From: a virus
Taxonomy: Duplodnaviria; Heunggongvirae; Uroviricota; Caudoviricetes
Reading direction: 5' to 3' (one strand)
Virus record (IMG/VR): IMGVR_UViG_3300020160_002689
Location: 20,134 to 84,133 of that record
Length of the DNA stretch: 64,000 nt
Of this stretch, positions 1 through 9,524 are shown one piece after another. Numbering within the stretch: the first letter of the stretch is position 1; each line of letters opens with the position of its first letter. The notes beneath the pieces are model-generated. The model did not search any database and was not told where the DNA came from. It saw only the letters and a list, made by a program, of their open reading frames with translations. The position numbers were made by a program, and so were the translations under genes.

Positions 1-626
1 CCGGTATAGATATTACAATCATATTCATCTTTAGGATCAATAGTACATAAATATAAGAACATATTCTTAGGTTGAATTTCACAAACATAAATCATGTTTT
101 CAATAATATGTTTATATCTTTTCTCAGCATCTGGTTCCCAACTTTCTAATCCTTTCATTAATTTATAAATAACAACTGCAGGAAATGGACCTGTGCCATT
201 TGCAGGATCCAACCATTTTAAATTAGGATTAGACCATACTTCTTTTGGAAGAGTTGATAACATTTCCTTAACTAAATCAAGTGGTGTCATTACCTCACCA
301 AACTTTTTCTTTTCAACCTCTGCAATCTTAACATACTCTCTTAACATTAAGATAATGTTTTTAACATGTTCTATTTTAGACAAATTAATATCAGTCATAG
401 ATTCTTTAATCTGTGCAAATAGGTTTCTATCCTTATCTAATAAGGATAGAATAGCTAGTCTTTTATCTTTTTTAGGTAAAGATGAAATTGCTTGTTTAAA
501 TGTGTCATTCATTCCTGCAATACCATCAAGTATCATTGATTCAATGATATTCTCAAATATATTTTTATCTTTATCTTTATCAAATTGCTCATAATCTGCA
601 ACTGAATATTCTCCTGTTAGTATCAT
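1..626 (-). CDS. N6-adenine DNA methyltransferase, partial (N-terminal part only; gene runs off the window start)
   Basis: Reverse-strand translation from the ATG at 624-626 gives ...EVMTPLDLV... and LDPANGTGPF (AdoMet motif I, FxGxG) plus an xxTP motif typical of gamma-class N6A methyltransferases. There is no stop codon inside the window, so it is absent from the ORF track. The listed +ORF 193..594 is its shadow. Confidence 0.6.
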   Translation of the reverse strand, partial: MILTGEYSVADYEQFDKDKDKNIFENIIESMILDGIAGMNDTFKQAISSLPKKDKRLAILSLLDKDRNLFAQIKESMTDINLSKIEHVKNIILMLREYVKIAEVEKKKFGEVMTPLDLVKEMLSTLPKEVWSNPNLKWLDPANGTGPFPAVVIYKLMKGLESWEPDAEKRYKHIIENMIYVCEIQPKNMFLYLCTIDPKDEYDCNIYT

Positions 627-667
627 ATTTTATATATTAATTGTATTTGGTGTAAATATAGTGAAAT

Positions 668-2215
668 TTATTCTATAATTAAACCAAATTCTTTATTTAG
701 AATGTATTTATTTCTATCTTCATCTGATAAACTTGCTACATACTCATTTTCATAATCTGCTTCTACTTTATCAATATATTGTCCAATAGTTGGACATTTC
801 TTTTTAACCTCTGTTAAAGCATCTGGACCATCAACTGTTGGTAATCCATTAGTTGTATCAGTTGATACAATATCTTCACTTGGATTAAATCCATAGTCTC
901 TTAACTCAGTAATTAAATTACCAATGTGTTCTTTACTATCAGCATTCTCATGTATAATTGTAGGTACAATTACCCAGGCATAAGGTTTGTTAAAGTTTTC
1001 TAAATCATGAACACCCAACTTACCTTTATTTACTCTATCTCTATCATCAATATCTAAACGTGCTGCTCTACCAAATGTTTGTAAGAACTTAGCTTTACCC
1101 AAAGTTCTAATAGGTAAGATTGCAGTAATGCCAGGTACATCAATACCCTCTGCCAAAATATCATAGTGTAAAATGATAATCTCTTTTGTAGTATCTGCAC
1201 CATCAATCTTTAATCTTCTTAAAAATTCTCTTCTGTTTACTTTCTCACCATTAATATTGTTACCAATAACTTCATCTGATGCAACAGCATATATCATAAC
1301 ACCACTTCTAATGAAACCAGTATATTCTCTTGATTCAAAGAATGTTTTAATATCAGCGGTACCTTTTACAGATACTAACATTTTAGGTTTTGAAAAGTGA
1401 CCAATTGCATATCTATGTTGTGCAAATGATTCTGCAATGATTTTACCAAAACTTGTTTGAAAATCATCTGAGTTATAGTTTTTACCAGGTGTCATTACAA
1501 AGTGCATTCTTGGTCTAACCATTTTACCTTTGTCAATTGCTTCTCTTGGTGTCATTAAATAAATGATTTCACCATAAGAATCAACATTATTCATTCCTCT
1601 ACCTTTATCAGATGGAGTATTAATAGTAGTTGCAGTAAAGAAGTAACATCTATCAGTTTTTAATGTATGAATAATATCATGAAATTGCTCTTGAACTAAG
1701 TATTGTGCTTCATCATTTACAACAATGTTAATTTCTTTGTCATAGATAGCATCATTAATTCTTTCTGCAGAATTGTATGTTGAAAAGAAAATCAATGGTA
1801 ACTTTTGTTTCTCAGCTGTTTCAGTAAATTCTCTAATTAATAATGGTGAAGTACCATTCTGAATTTCAGCAAATGGAATACTATAACCTTCATTAAGGTT
1901 AGCATCAATTCTAATTTTTTCTAAATCTTCTAAGTCAGTTGTTCCACCAGAGTGAACTGACATATATCTTGCTTCAATACCTTCACTAACAAGAAATGAA
2001 TAAACTTCTTTTAGTAATTGGTATGATAACATAATACGAGGAGCATTAATAACATAAATACCAAACTTATCTCTATTTTTAAGTATATCTCTTGCAATTA
2101 CTGCTGCTTGTACAAAGGTTTTACCTGAACCTGTTGGCATACAAACAATTCCTTTTTTGTTATTATCAGTTGCTAATATAGCATCATTCTGATAGTCATA
2201 TAAGTTTTCTAACAT
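668..2215 (-). CDS. SF2 DEAD/DEAH-type helicase (ResIII-like ATPase)
   Basis: Q-motif YDYQNDAI; Walker A CMPTGSGKT; motif II VVNDEAQY; motif III FFTATT; motif VI QTFGRAARL. Confidence 0.7.
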   Translation of the reverse strand: MLENLYDYQNDAILATDNNKKGIVCMPTGSGKTFVQAAVIARDILKNRDKFGIYVINAPRIMLSYQLLKEVYSFLVSEGIEARYMSVHSGGTTDLEDLEKIRIDANLNEGYSIPFAEIQNGTSPLLIREFTETAEKQKLPLIFFSTYNSAERINDAIYDKEINIVVNDEAQYLVQEQFHDIIHTLKTDRCYFFTATTINTPSDKGRGMNNVDSYGEIIYLMTPREAIDKGKMVRPRMHFVMTPGKNYNSDDFQTSFGKIIAESFAQHRYAIGHFSKPKMLVSVKGTADIKTFFESREYTGFIRSGVMIYAVASDEVIGNNINGEKVNRREFLRRLKIDGADTTKEIIILHYDILAEGIDVPGITAILPIRTLGKAKFLQTFGRAARLDIDDRDRVNKGKLGVHDLENFNKPYAWVIVPTIIHENADSKEHIGNLITELRDYGFNPSEDIVSTDTTNGLPTVDGPDALTEVKKKCPTIGQYIDKVEADYENEYVASLSDEDRNKYILNKEFGLIIE

Positions 2216-2261
2216 ATTTTTCTTTTATTTTTACAAAGATAATAAAAATTATCTTATTATT

Positions 2262-2591
2262 TTATCCATGTTCAAAATCATGTAAATCATAGAATTTTGT
2301 TACTCTAATAACATTAACATCATCATATTCATATAGTTTAATTTTATTTTCTAAAATCTCACCTTCTTCAATAAAGGTATAACCCATTACACCACAATAG
2401 TGTTTGTATCTTTCACAATAGTCTTTTTTACCTTTAATCCAATTATCCCAAGTTTTTTGAAATAATTTTTTAGATAGAATCAGTACTATTGGTTCATCAT
2501 TTTCATCATATACTTTTATATGAATGTCTTTACCAAATACACCCAAAACTTCATCAGTACTTGGATCATATGATATATTATTTATATTCAT
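2262..2591 (-). CDS. hypothetical protein
   Basis: 109-aa ORF packed tightly in the minus-strand operon between the helicase and the Mrr-like gene. Confidence 0.4.
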   Translation of the reverse strand: MNINNISYDPSTDEVLGVFGKDIHIKVYDENDEPIVLILSKKLFQKTWDNWIKGKKDYCERYKHYCGVMGYTFIEEGEILENKIKLYEYDDVNVIRVTKFYDLHDFEHG

Positions 2592-2594
2592 TTT

Positions 2595-3197
2595 TTATTT
2601 TTTAATTTTTGAGTCTTCAATTTCTTTTACAATCTCTCTACATAAGTTCCAAAAAGATAAGTTATTATCTAATAGAACTCTTAGTTGTTCAAAACCAATA
2701 CAATGAACAAATCCTTTGAAGTTTTCATTGTCTGTATAGTGGTGTAATCCTGTTGCAGTTGTTACAACATAATGTCTTGGAATTTTAGTATTATCCTCTG
2801 CAATTACAACTTTATGTTTAATCATACCATCAGAAATCATATTTGATAAGTGGTCAGTATTTGCAGTTAAGACAGTTTTACTATTTGATCTATATTTAAC
2901 CTGTACTACACATTTCTCACCTGATAAGTTTACACCAACACCATCTACACCATTATCATCTGACTGAACAGGTTCATAATTGGTTATACCAAGTCTATTG
3001 TCATAAGCATGACTTTTTAATAGAATCTCTACTAAAAACTCAAACCCATCACCTTTATATTTATTTGAATCATACCTATCAGGATCAATTAAAGATTGTT
3101 TCTCTAATTTACCCATAAAGGTTGATACTTTATTTGTCTTATTAAAAAGAGCAGTCAAATCATGAGCTCTTAATCCAAATCCATGTGAAATCTTCAT
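2595..3197 (-). CDS. Mrr-cat / PD-(D/E)xK restriction endonuclease-like protein
   Basis: GDGFEFLVEILL ... DDNGVDGVGV ... CVVQVKYR matches the Mrr catalytic-domain pattern FE..v..ll...D..GiDg....vQcK. Confidence 0.6.
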   Translation of the reverse strand: MKISHGFGLRAHDLTALFNKTNKVSTFMGKLEKQSLIDPDRYDSNKYKGDGFEFLVEILLKSHAYDNRLGITNYEPVQSDDNGVDGVGVNLSGEKCVVQVKYRSNSKTVLTANTDHLSNMISDGMIKHKVVIAEDNTKIPRHYVVTTATGLHHYTDNENFKGFVHCIGFEQLRVLLDNNLSFWNLCREIVKEIEDSKIKK

Positions 3198-3382
3198 ATA
3201 TTATATAATTTTTCTATTCTATTTGTTTTCATATTCAATAACATATCACCACCAATGACCTCATAGTTAATACCATTAACTACTCTAATCTTTCCATGTT
3301 CTTTATGTGACCTTATTGATTTTAATAATTGTGAAGTGTCTTCACAAAATACTCTTACTGGTACTTTTCTTGTCTTAGCCAT
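3194..3382 (-). CDS. hypothetical small protein
   Basis: 62-aa ORF overlapping its neighbours by 4 nt and 1 nt (operon-style packing). Confidence 0.3.
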   Translation of the reverse strand: MAKTRKVPVRVFCEDTSQLLKSIRSHKEHGKIRVVNGINYEVIGGDMLLNMKTNRIEKLYNI

Positions 3383-3837
3383 TACTTATCTGCTTTACCT
3401 GTTTCTCTTAATCTTAATAATCTACCACAAAACTCAGATGTAGTTAATACAGTCTCACTCTTATTAGTTTTACCCATTGAGTGTGTTAATGCACCATTAC
3501 CACTTGCCATTAAAGCTTTTCTGAAACTTTCAGATTGGTCATACATTGCATTATATGCCTTATCAAGTAAATCTTGATACTCTTTAGATTTTCTATCTAT
3601 TTCAACACCTTTCCAATATAATGTTTGTGTTCTTTGCCAGTTTTTACCTGATCCTTTTCTCTTAGCAGCACCTCCAATTAATTTACATACAGATTCTTGC
3701 ATTTCCACAGATTTGAATTTTAATGATTGTAAAAATCCTTCCATAGAATAACACTCTACATCATCAATAGTAAATCTATGACCTGCAAAGTTGCTTAATG
3801 ATGATGCTGGGTAACTACTACCTGAACTTATATTCAT
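3382..3837 (-). CDS. NADAR (YbiA/DUF1768) domain protein
   Basis: LSNFAGHRF ... SMEGFLQSLKF parallels YbiA FSNFA ... SEHYFQAQKF. The downstream helical region also aligns with YbiA architecture. Confidence 0.55.
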   Translation of the reverse strand: MNISSGSSYPASSLSNFAGHRFTIDDVECYSMEGFLQSLKFKSVEMQESVCKLIGGAAKRKGSGKNWQRTQTLYWKGVEIDRKSKEYQDLLDKAYNAMYDQSESFRKALMASGNGALTHSMGKTNKSETVLTTSEFCGRLLRLRETGKADK

Positions 3838-3841
3838 AATT

Positions 3842-4087
3842 CTAATTTAATATTTTGTTTATTTTAACCTCTCTTTGAAATTGTATATAGTCACTTAATA
3901 AGTAATCATTCCAATCCTTATTAAGCATGTCAACTGCAGTCTTGTCAAAAAATACTCTTAAATAGATAAGACCATCATTATTCATTACTTCATGTGCCCA
4001 CTTTCCTTGTAACATTTTTATATGAATGGAAAGTATAAAATTATATTGTCTAATAAAATTTTGAAGTTCTTCTTTATTAATTTCCAT
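3842..4087 (-). CDS. hypothetical protein
   Basis: 81-aa ORF in the operon. Confidence 0.35.
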   Translation of the reverse strand: MEINKEELQNFIRQYNFILSIHIKMLQGKWAHEVMNNDGLIYLRVFFDKTAVDMLNKDWNDYLLSDYIQFQREVKINKILN

Positions 4088-4875
4088 TAGTACTCTACCC
4101 AGTTTTCAAAACTATTGATAAATTCTGATAAATCAAAATCTTTCAACTTATCACTCTTCTCTTTGAATGAATCAGACTTACAATAATCTAAAAAGATTTT
4201 GTTAATCTCAATACCCTCAATCACATTTATATGTTGAGCCAACCCTAAAGTTTTAGAATTGAACTTCTCAGTTAATACATTTCTTAATTCAGAAATCTTA
4301 CTATCATACTCTTTTAATAATTTGTTAGTTGTAACATCTATTGTAATTCCCAATAACTCTTTGTTACATCTATCAAAGTCAAAATCATTCTCAATCATAT
4401 CTCTTGAATATAAATATCCTCTGATAACATGTTTTAACTTCTTAGCTTTGTCATACTCAGTCTTAGCACTGAAAAAGTGTTTAGCATCCCTGCGAGCAAG
4501 TCCCAAGTAGCTACGTATAACAGTATATGTTAAAAATGTTTTTCTGTAATTGTAAAGGAATTCAATATCTGTTCCAATCAATGAAGTTGAATTGATAACC
4601 TCAAAGTTAATAGTAGAGTCACCATTCAAGCAGTTATTTAAGAAATTGTGTAATGATACAAAATTGTAGTCAACACCATCCTCTTTGTATTGTAATTGGT
4701 GGTGTGTTTTAATAAATGAGTTCAACTCATTCTCAGAAGTTGCATAAATATATAAGTAGTCTATATCAGAACTTTCTGTATTAGTTCCATACATATTAGA
4801 ACCAACAACAACTTTAGCAATTGTTGCTGACTTTAACTTTTCAAAAAGTTCCTTATCTGTAAAGTGAATGTTCAT
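4087..4875 (-). CDS. Pol-beta-superfamily nucleotidyltransferase
   Basis: VVVGSNMYGTNTESSDIDYLYIY fits the GS-x(10)-[DE]hD minimal nucleotidyltransferase motif. Confidence 0.5.
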   Translation of the reverse strand: MNIHFTDKELFEKLKSATIAKVVVGSNMYGTNTESSDIDYLYIYATSENELNSFIKTHHQLQYKEDGVDYNFVSLHNFLNNCLNGDSTINFEVINSTSLIGTDIEFLYNYRKTFLTYTVIRSYLGLARRDAKHFFSAKTEYDKAKKLKHVIRGYLYSRDMIENDFDFDRCNKELLGITIDVTTNKLLKEYDSKISELRNVLTEKFNSKTLGLAQHINVIEGIEINKIFLDYCKSDSFKEKSDKLKDFDLSEFINSFENWVEY

Positions 4876-4950
4876 TTGTTTAATATTTCTACAAATATAA
4901 GGAACTTTTCACTAATATTCTCATATAATAATAAAATAAATTTTTTAAAT

Positions 4951-6075
4951 ATGAAATTAAGAGTAATTGAATTGTTTGCTGGGATAGGAAGCCAACATAA
5001 AGCACTTAAAAATATTGGAGTTGATTGTGAAGTAGTTGGTATAAGTGAATGGTCTATTGACTCAATCATAAGTTATGCTAATGTTCACCACAACTCAGAT
5101 GAAATAACTGACTTAACTAAAGAAGAAATACTTGAAGAACTTAAAGACTTTACTTTCTCTTCTAATACTAAAACACCTATCAAAACAAGTACACTTAAAC
5201 TTGATCGTCTTAAAAAGTTATATGTAGCTAATAAAAATTCTAAAAACCTTGGATCAATTGTTGATTTAAAAGGTTCTATGACACCAGACCATGATTTATT
5301 AACTTACTCATTCCCTTGTCAAGATTTGTCAAACCAAGGGTCTCAAAGAGGTTTATTTGAAGGTAAATCATCTTCTCTTTTATGGGATGTAAATAGATTA
5401 CTAAATGAATTAAATGAAGAAGGTAGATTACCTAAATATCTTTTAATGGAAAATGTACCTGCTATCTTTGGTGAGAAAAATAAAGATGGTTTCAATATCT
5501 GGAAAGATAATCTTAAAGAAATGGGTTACATCAACTTTGACTTTAAATTGAAAGCATCATACTTTGGTATTCCTCAGAATAGAGAAAGAGCTTATATGGT
5601 TTCTATCTTAAATGGTACAGAGAATGATTTTGTTATTCCTACACAAGGAGAATTAACAAAAATGACAATTGCTGATATTTTAACACCTAATCAAGTTAGT
5701 AAATACTACTTAGACTTTAAGAGATTTTATCCACCTGTAATTAAAACAGATGTTACTAAAAATGGTATTAGTTGTTTTGATTTAGTTGGTTACACTAACT
5801 TTGCAAGTGAAAGAAAGGTATATCACTTAAATAGTATATCACCAACAATTACTGCAACTGGTGCTCAGTCAAGAATTAAAGTATATGAAAATGGTGAGAT
5901 TAGAATGTTAAGTCCAAGAGAATGTTGGAAGATGATGGGTTTCACAGACTCAGACTTTGATAAAGTAGAAGGAACTTTAATTGATAGTGCTTTAACTAAA
6001 CAAGCAGGAAACTCAATTGTAGTAAATGTTTTAGAAGCAATCTTCACAAATCTATTTAAAAAAGAAAAAGTCTAA
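4951..6075 (+). CDS. DNA (cytosine-5)-methyltransferase
   Basis: ELFAGIGS (motif I), FPCQDLS (PCQ, motif IV), ENV (VI), QNRERAYMV (VIII), GNS (X). Start moved to the ATG at 4951 (MKLRVIELFAG); the longer ORF start at 4864 overlaps the upstream gene. Confidence 0.85.
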   Translation: MKLRVIELFAGIGSQHKALKNIGVDCEVVGISEWSIDSIISYANVHHNSDEITDLTKEEILEELKDFTFSSNTKTPIKTSTLKLDRLKKLYVANKNSKNLGSIVDLKGSMTPDHDLLTYSFPCQDLSNQGSQRGLFEGKSSSLLWDVNRLLNELNEEGRLPKYLLMENVPAIFGEKNKDGFNIWKDNLKEMGYINFDFKLKASYFGIPQNRERAYMVSILNGTENDFVIPTQGELTKMTIADILTPNQVSKYYLDFKRFYPPVIKTDVTKNGISCFDLVGYTNFASERKVYHLNSISPTITATGAQSRIKVYENGEIRMLSPRECWKMMGFTDSDFDKVEGTLIDSALTKQAGNSIVVNVLEAIFTNLFKKEKV

Positions 6076-6093
6076 CAAATGTTAGACTTTTTT
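6066..6093. terminator. bidirectional rho-independent terminator hairpin
   Basis: GTCTAAC-aaat-GTTAGAC stem flanked by an A-run and a T-run, between convergent genes. Confidence 0.55.
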
Positions 6094-6095
6094 AT

Positions 6096-6398
6096 TTAGT
6101 ATGCTAATCCAGAATCATCCTTATCCCAGTGTTGTTGTAATTCTGTTTTTAATTCTTCAATTATACTTTCATCAACTTTTCCAGATAGTTTATTAATTAT
6201 ATGTTCATATGCATCTGCTTGTGCTTTTTTACAAATCCAAACTGCATCACTTCTATCTAAAAATTTACATCTATCAAATTCATCTTTATATAATTCCTTA
6301 AATCTTCTACCACTTGCAGTTTGTCTTATGAAGAAGTCTTTCCAGGTTTCACCATTACCATCTGGTTCAACATTCTCATTAAATTTCTTTATTTTCAT
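6096..6398 (-). CDS. hypothetical protein
   Basis: 100-aa ORF. Confidence 0.4.
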   Translation of the reverse strand: MKIKKFNENVEPDGNGETWKDFFIRQTASGRRFKELYKDEFDRCKFLDRSDAVWICKKAQADAYEHIINKLSGKVDESIIEELKTELQQHWDKDDSGLAY

Positions 6399-6410
6399 AA
6401 TTTATATATC

Positions 6411-7259
6411 TTAGTTAAGAATTTTTTTTGTATTTTCTAAAATTGTAAATTTTTTGTTGTTAATGAAAGAACAGTTTGCAGTGTTTAAGTTATGTCTTTG
6501 AGATACCATATAAACAACTTCACCTTCATTTTTAAAAACTAAATAAACATAGTTAAATTTAGTATCAACATGTAATGAAACTTCAACATCACCTTGAGTC
6601 ATTGTTACAAAGTCAATTTTCTTCATATAGTTCTCTTTAACATTAGCACAGATAAAGAATTTTTCTTGAGTCAATTCTAATTCTTGGTAAGCAAATCCAA
6701 TTTCATTGTAAGAAATGAAGTGTGTAAAGTTTTCAGATGAAATAGTACCTAATACAACATCTGTTGCTTGTAAACCTTTGTTTGATCCTTTTCTATAAAC
6801 TTCTTTTCTTAAATTTTCATAAATTGATTTTGTATCATCAGAATAAAATTTAATATCTAATACATTGTTTAATGCATATTTCATATTAGAGTCAATACCT
6901 TTAGTAAAGTCAGATGATGCTAAACCTAACTCTTGTGGAAATTTCATAATTCCTGTAATAGCATCATATAATTTATCATCACCTACAGAACTTTTACCAT
7001 CAACTCTAATCATTTTTTTATCACCTCTTGCAGCAGATTTGAAGTGACCTTTAAAACCAAACTCATTTCTCACCATATTAGCAGTAGCCAATTTTCTTTG
7101 AGCATTGAAAGAGTTAACTTTCTTTGTATCAATATCTTCAAAGTCAACAAAAGTATCATTAAGAGCAGTATTTGCTTCTGTAATGAAGTGTTGTTTGTCA
7201 GTGATATTAGATTGTTCAAATTGTGCTGGAGTCATAGTTTTTCTTATTTTGTTATACAA
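6411..7259 (-). CDS. hypothetical protein
   Basis: 282-aa ORF with no recognisable motifs. Confidence 0.45.
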   Translation of the reverse strand: MYNKIRKTMTPAQFEQSNITDKQHFITEANTALNDTFVDFEDIDTKKVNSFNAQRKLATANMVRNEFGFKGHFKSAARGDKKMIRVDGKSSVGDDKLYDAITGIMKFPQELGLASSDFTKGIDSNMKYALNNVLDIKFYSDDTKSIYENLRKEVYRKGSNKGLQATDVVLGTISSENFTHFISYNEIGFAYQELELTQEKFFICANVKENYMKKIDFVTMTQGDVEVSLHVDTKFNYVYLVFKNEGEVVYMVSQRHNLNTANCSFINNKKFTILENTKKILN

Positions 7260-7304
7260 ATATACAACTAATAAATGGATTTACCAAATTTAGATGTAAA
7301 AATG

Positions 7305-7322
7305 TTTAATAATATATAGTAT
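7305..7322 (+). promoter_or_regulatory. promoter-like motif TTAATAATATATAGTATT directly upstream of the ATG
   Basis: Member of the recurring TTAATATATA(T)AG motif family (see findings). Confidence 0.35.
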
Positions 7323-7323
7323 T

Positions 7324-7830
7324 ATGTCAAGAAAAAGTTCAATTAATAAAATAAAAAGAGATAATTCAAAGTCAAAGAACATAGAAGCTGCTCTTTGTAT
7401 ATACCTCTATGAGAAGTCACACTCACCTATAACAACTCACTTTACTGGTATGGGTTTACAAGAGTGTGATGTAATATCTATATCTAAGTCTGATTATATC
7501 TATGAGTATGAAGTTAAAGTAAGTAAAGCAGATTTTAAGAAAGATTTTATAAAAGAAAAACATACTCATATCATAAATGAAAAATACACCAAGACTAGAA
7601 AAGGTGAGTTGATGTATTTACTTCCAAATTATTTCAATTTTGTAACACCAAAAGATTTAATAGCTTTAGATGAAGTTCCTGATTATGCTGGGTTAATTTA
7701 TATGAATGAAGATGGTTCATTTGATATTATAAGAAAACCAAAACTCCTTCATAATACTAAAGCAAATGATTTATTCATTAGAAAGTTAGCACATAATTTA
7801 AGTTGTAAACTTGTGTTTAAAAAAGTTTAA
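7324..7830 (+). CDS. PD-(D/E)xK nuclease-like protein (MmcB/VRR-NUC-like)
   Basis: ECDVISISKSDYIYEYEVKVSKADFKKD contains a D...EYEVK arrangement typical of PD-(D/E)xK folds. Confidence 0.4.
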   Translation: MSRKSSINKIKRDNSKSKNIEAALCIYLYEKSHSPITTHFTGMGLQECDVISISKSDYIYEYEVKVSKADFKKDFIKEKHTHIINEKYTKTRKGELMYLLPNYFNFVTPKDLIALDEVPDYAGLIYMNEDGSFDIIRKPKLLHNTKANDLFIRKLAHNLSCKLVFKKV

Positions 7831-8051
7831 AGCTCAATTTTAACTGGTTTTTTATATTTTAAAATTATATTAATTATTTTAGTCATTGCAATAGTAAATG
7901 GCCATATTGCAAAAACTCTATACCAAAAGTATTGACCATTACATATTTCAGAAAATAGTCCAATGGTTGCTAACCACATTATTACTAAAAAGATTATTAA
8001 GAATGCTTTCATAGATATTATATTATTTAGTTGAACAATGTTCATGTCCAC
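7827..8051 (-). CDS. small membrane protein
   Basis: 74 aa, predicted hydrophobic helices. Confidence 0.3.
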   Translation of the reverse strand: MDMNIVQLNNIISMKAFLIIFLVIMWLATIGLFSEICNGQYFWYRVFAIWPFTIAMTKIINIILKYKKPVKIEL

Positions 8052-8301
8052 ATTTTTTATGTCTGCACTTATATGAAGTAATTAGAAGAGGTATAATGCA
8101 ACAAAAAATGTGAAACTTAAATCCATATACAAAAATGAATCCAAACCAACCTAACCACCCAAAATTAAGTGTATGTAGATTTATGTTGAAGATATAAGAG
8201 ATTAAATGCTCTAGTAAATAGAACACTATAAATGATACTATAAATGTGATAATAAATTTTTTCATATAGGTTTTTTTATTGTTAGTATTTGTTAAAAACA
8301 T
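8023..8301 (-). CDS. small membrane protein
   Basis: 92 aa, hydrophobic N-terminus and a Cys/His-rich tail. Confidence 0.3.
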   Translation of the reverse strand: MFLTNTNNKKTYMKKFIITFIVSFIVFYLLEHLISYIFNINLHTLNFGWLGWFGFIFVYGFKFHIFCCIIPLLITSYKCRHKKCGHEHCSTK

Positions 8302-8335
8302 GTAACATCATGATATATAATATAAATAATATAAA

Positions 8336-9052
8336 TTACTCCACCAATCTTAACATTTTATCTACTCTTAATTCTGATAATTTAATCAGTCTATCTAAGT
8401 AAGTGTTTAGAGTTTTGTAATCTTTTTCTGACAATTCTTCTCTTCTTAACATTGGTGCCAAGTCTGGATAGTTTTGTATTAATCCATTTTTAGTATAGGA
8501 GTCTTTTTCAAAACCATCAACTAAAGAGAATAACTGACCAAATTGAAAAGCCATCACTTTGTAAATGTCTTTGATTGATTCTTTTTTACCAGGAAAGTCT
8601 TTCATTACTTCAAAGTCAATCATTTTCATCACAGGGATTTTATCTCTTAAATCACCTCTAAGTGCTGGTTTGATAACAGCTCTCAAATGACTTCTTGAGA
8701 AGAAAGATAAGATGTTTCTGTAAGCTCTAAGTATTTTCATATCATATTCTCTTACAATAGGTTCTTTAACTACTAAAGGATGATATTGAGTATGAAAGTC
8801 ATAAGTATAGAAAAGTGCATTGTTAACTTCATCAGGTGTACCTTTGAATACTTTAACAATAAATCCATCTTCAACAATAGCTAAGTTACAGTTTAATGGT
8901 TTGTCTGTTAAAATTTTAGACAACTCTACATCATACATTTTACACAATGTATGAGATTGATCAATGATTTCAGGTATTTCATCAACAAATACCATTACAT
9001 CATAATCTAAACTATTTTCACTACCAAAAATTTGAAATCTTTCCATATGCAA
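8336..9052 (-). CDS. hypothetical protein
   Basis: 238-aa ORF; FGSENSLDYDVMVFVDE is weakly nucleotidyltransferase-like. Confidence 0.45.
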   Translation of the reverse strand: MHMERFQIFGSENSLDYDVMVFVDEIPEIIDQSHTLCKMYDVELSKILTDKPLNCNLAIVEDGFIVKVFKGTPDEVNNALFYTYDFHTQYHPLVVKEPIVREYDMKILRAYRNILSFFSRSHLRAVIKPALRGDLRDKIPVMKMIDFEVMKDFPGKKESIKDIYKVMAFQFGQLFSLVDGFEKDSYTKNGLIQNYPDLAPMLRREELSEKDYKTLNTYLDRLIKLSELRVDKMLRLVE

Positions 9053-9081
9053 ATATAATAAAATTATTTTATATATAAGGT

Positions 9082-9303
9082 ATGAAGTATTTAAAAAGAT
9101 TTTTAATAACAGAAAGAGTTGACTTAGATGAACTACAAACTACTTGTGATAATACACTAGCTTATCTTATTGATGAAGGATTTAAAGTAGAGATTAATCA
9201 ATTTAATGCTAAGGGATATATTGCAATTCTTTTGAGAAAATTTGATGGTAATAGAAATGATATTTTTTCCTGGTCAGATTATAAAGATGATACCATTTAT
9301 TGA
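9082..9303 (+). CDS. hypothetical protein
   Basis: 73-aa ORF. Confidence 0.3.
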   Translation: MKYLKRFLITERVDLDELQTTCDNTLAYLIDEGFKVEINQFNAKGYIAILLRKFDGNRNDIFSWSDYKDDTIY

Positions 9304-9496
9304 GTATTTATATGAGAAATATAATTGTGAAGAAAGAATTAGTATAATAGATAAACATAATGCTTCTACACAATTAAAAATAGCTAATCCAAAATTAGGT
9401 TATCATAATAAAACAGAAATTATAAAAGACTATTTAGAGAGAGTAAAAATAGATTACTTGTTATCTGGAATATTCTTCTATATAAACATTGAATAA
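9242..9496 (+). CDS. hypothetical protein
   Basis: 84-aa ORF overlapping the previous one in another frame. Confidence 0.3.
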   Translation: MMVIEMIFFPGQIIKMIPFIEYLYEKYNCEERISIIDKHNASTQLKIANPKLGYHNKTEIIKDYLERVKIDYLLSGIFFYINIE

Positions 9497-9524
9497 AAAA
9501 GTCCAGATTACTCTGGACTTTTCA
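9495..9524. terminator. bidirectional terminator hairpin
   Basis: AGTCCAGA-ttac-TCTGGACT stem with an A-run before and a T-run after, between convergent genes. Confidence 0.5.

Noticed and set aside
193-594. Listed +strand ORF (133 aa)
   Set aside because: It lies entirely inside the minus-strand N6A methyltransferase gene (1..626), whose translation has clear motifs. Low-complexity, Ser/Ile/Phe-rich shadow ORF.
1173-1400. +strand 75-aa ORF inside the helicase gene
   Set aside because: Antisense shadow of a well-supported helicase CDS.
668-3197. Calling the helicase plus Mrr-like pair a named defence system (type III R-M, DISARM and similar)
   Set aside because: The motifs support the folds only. 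No Mod-like target-recognition domain or PLD gene is visible, and the DEAQ box is atypical, so I report it as an unclassified candidate rather than a named system.
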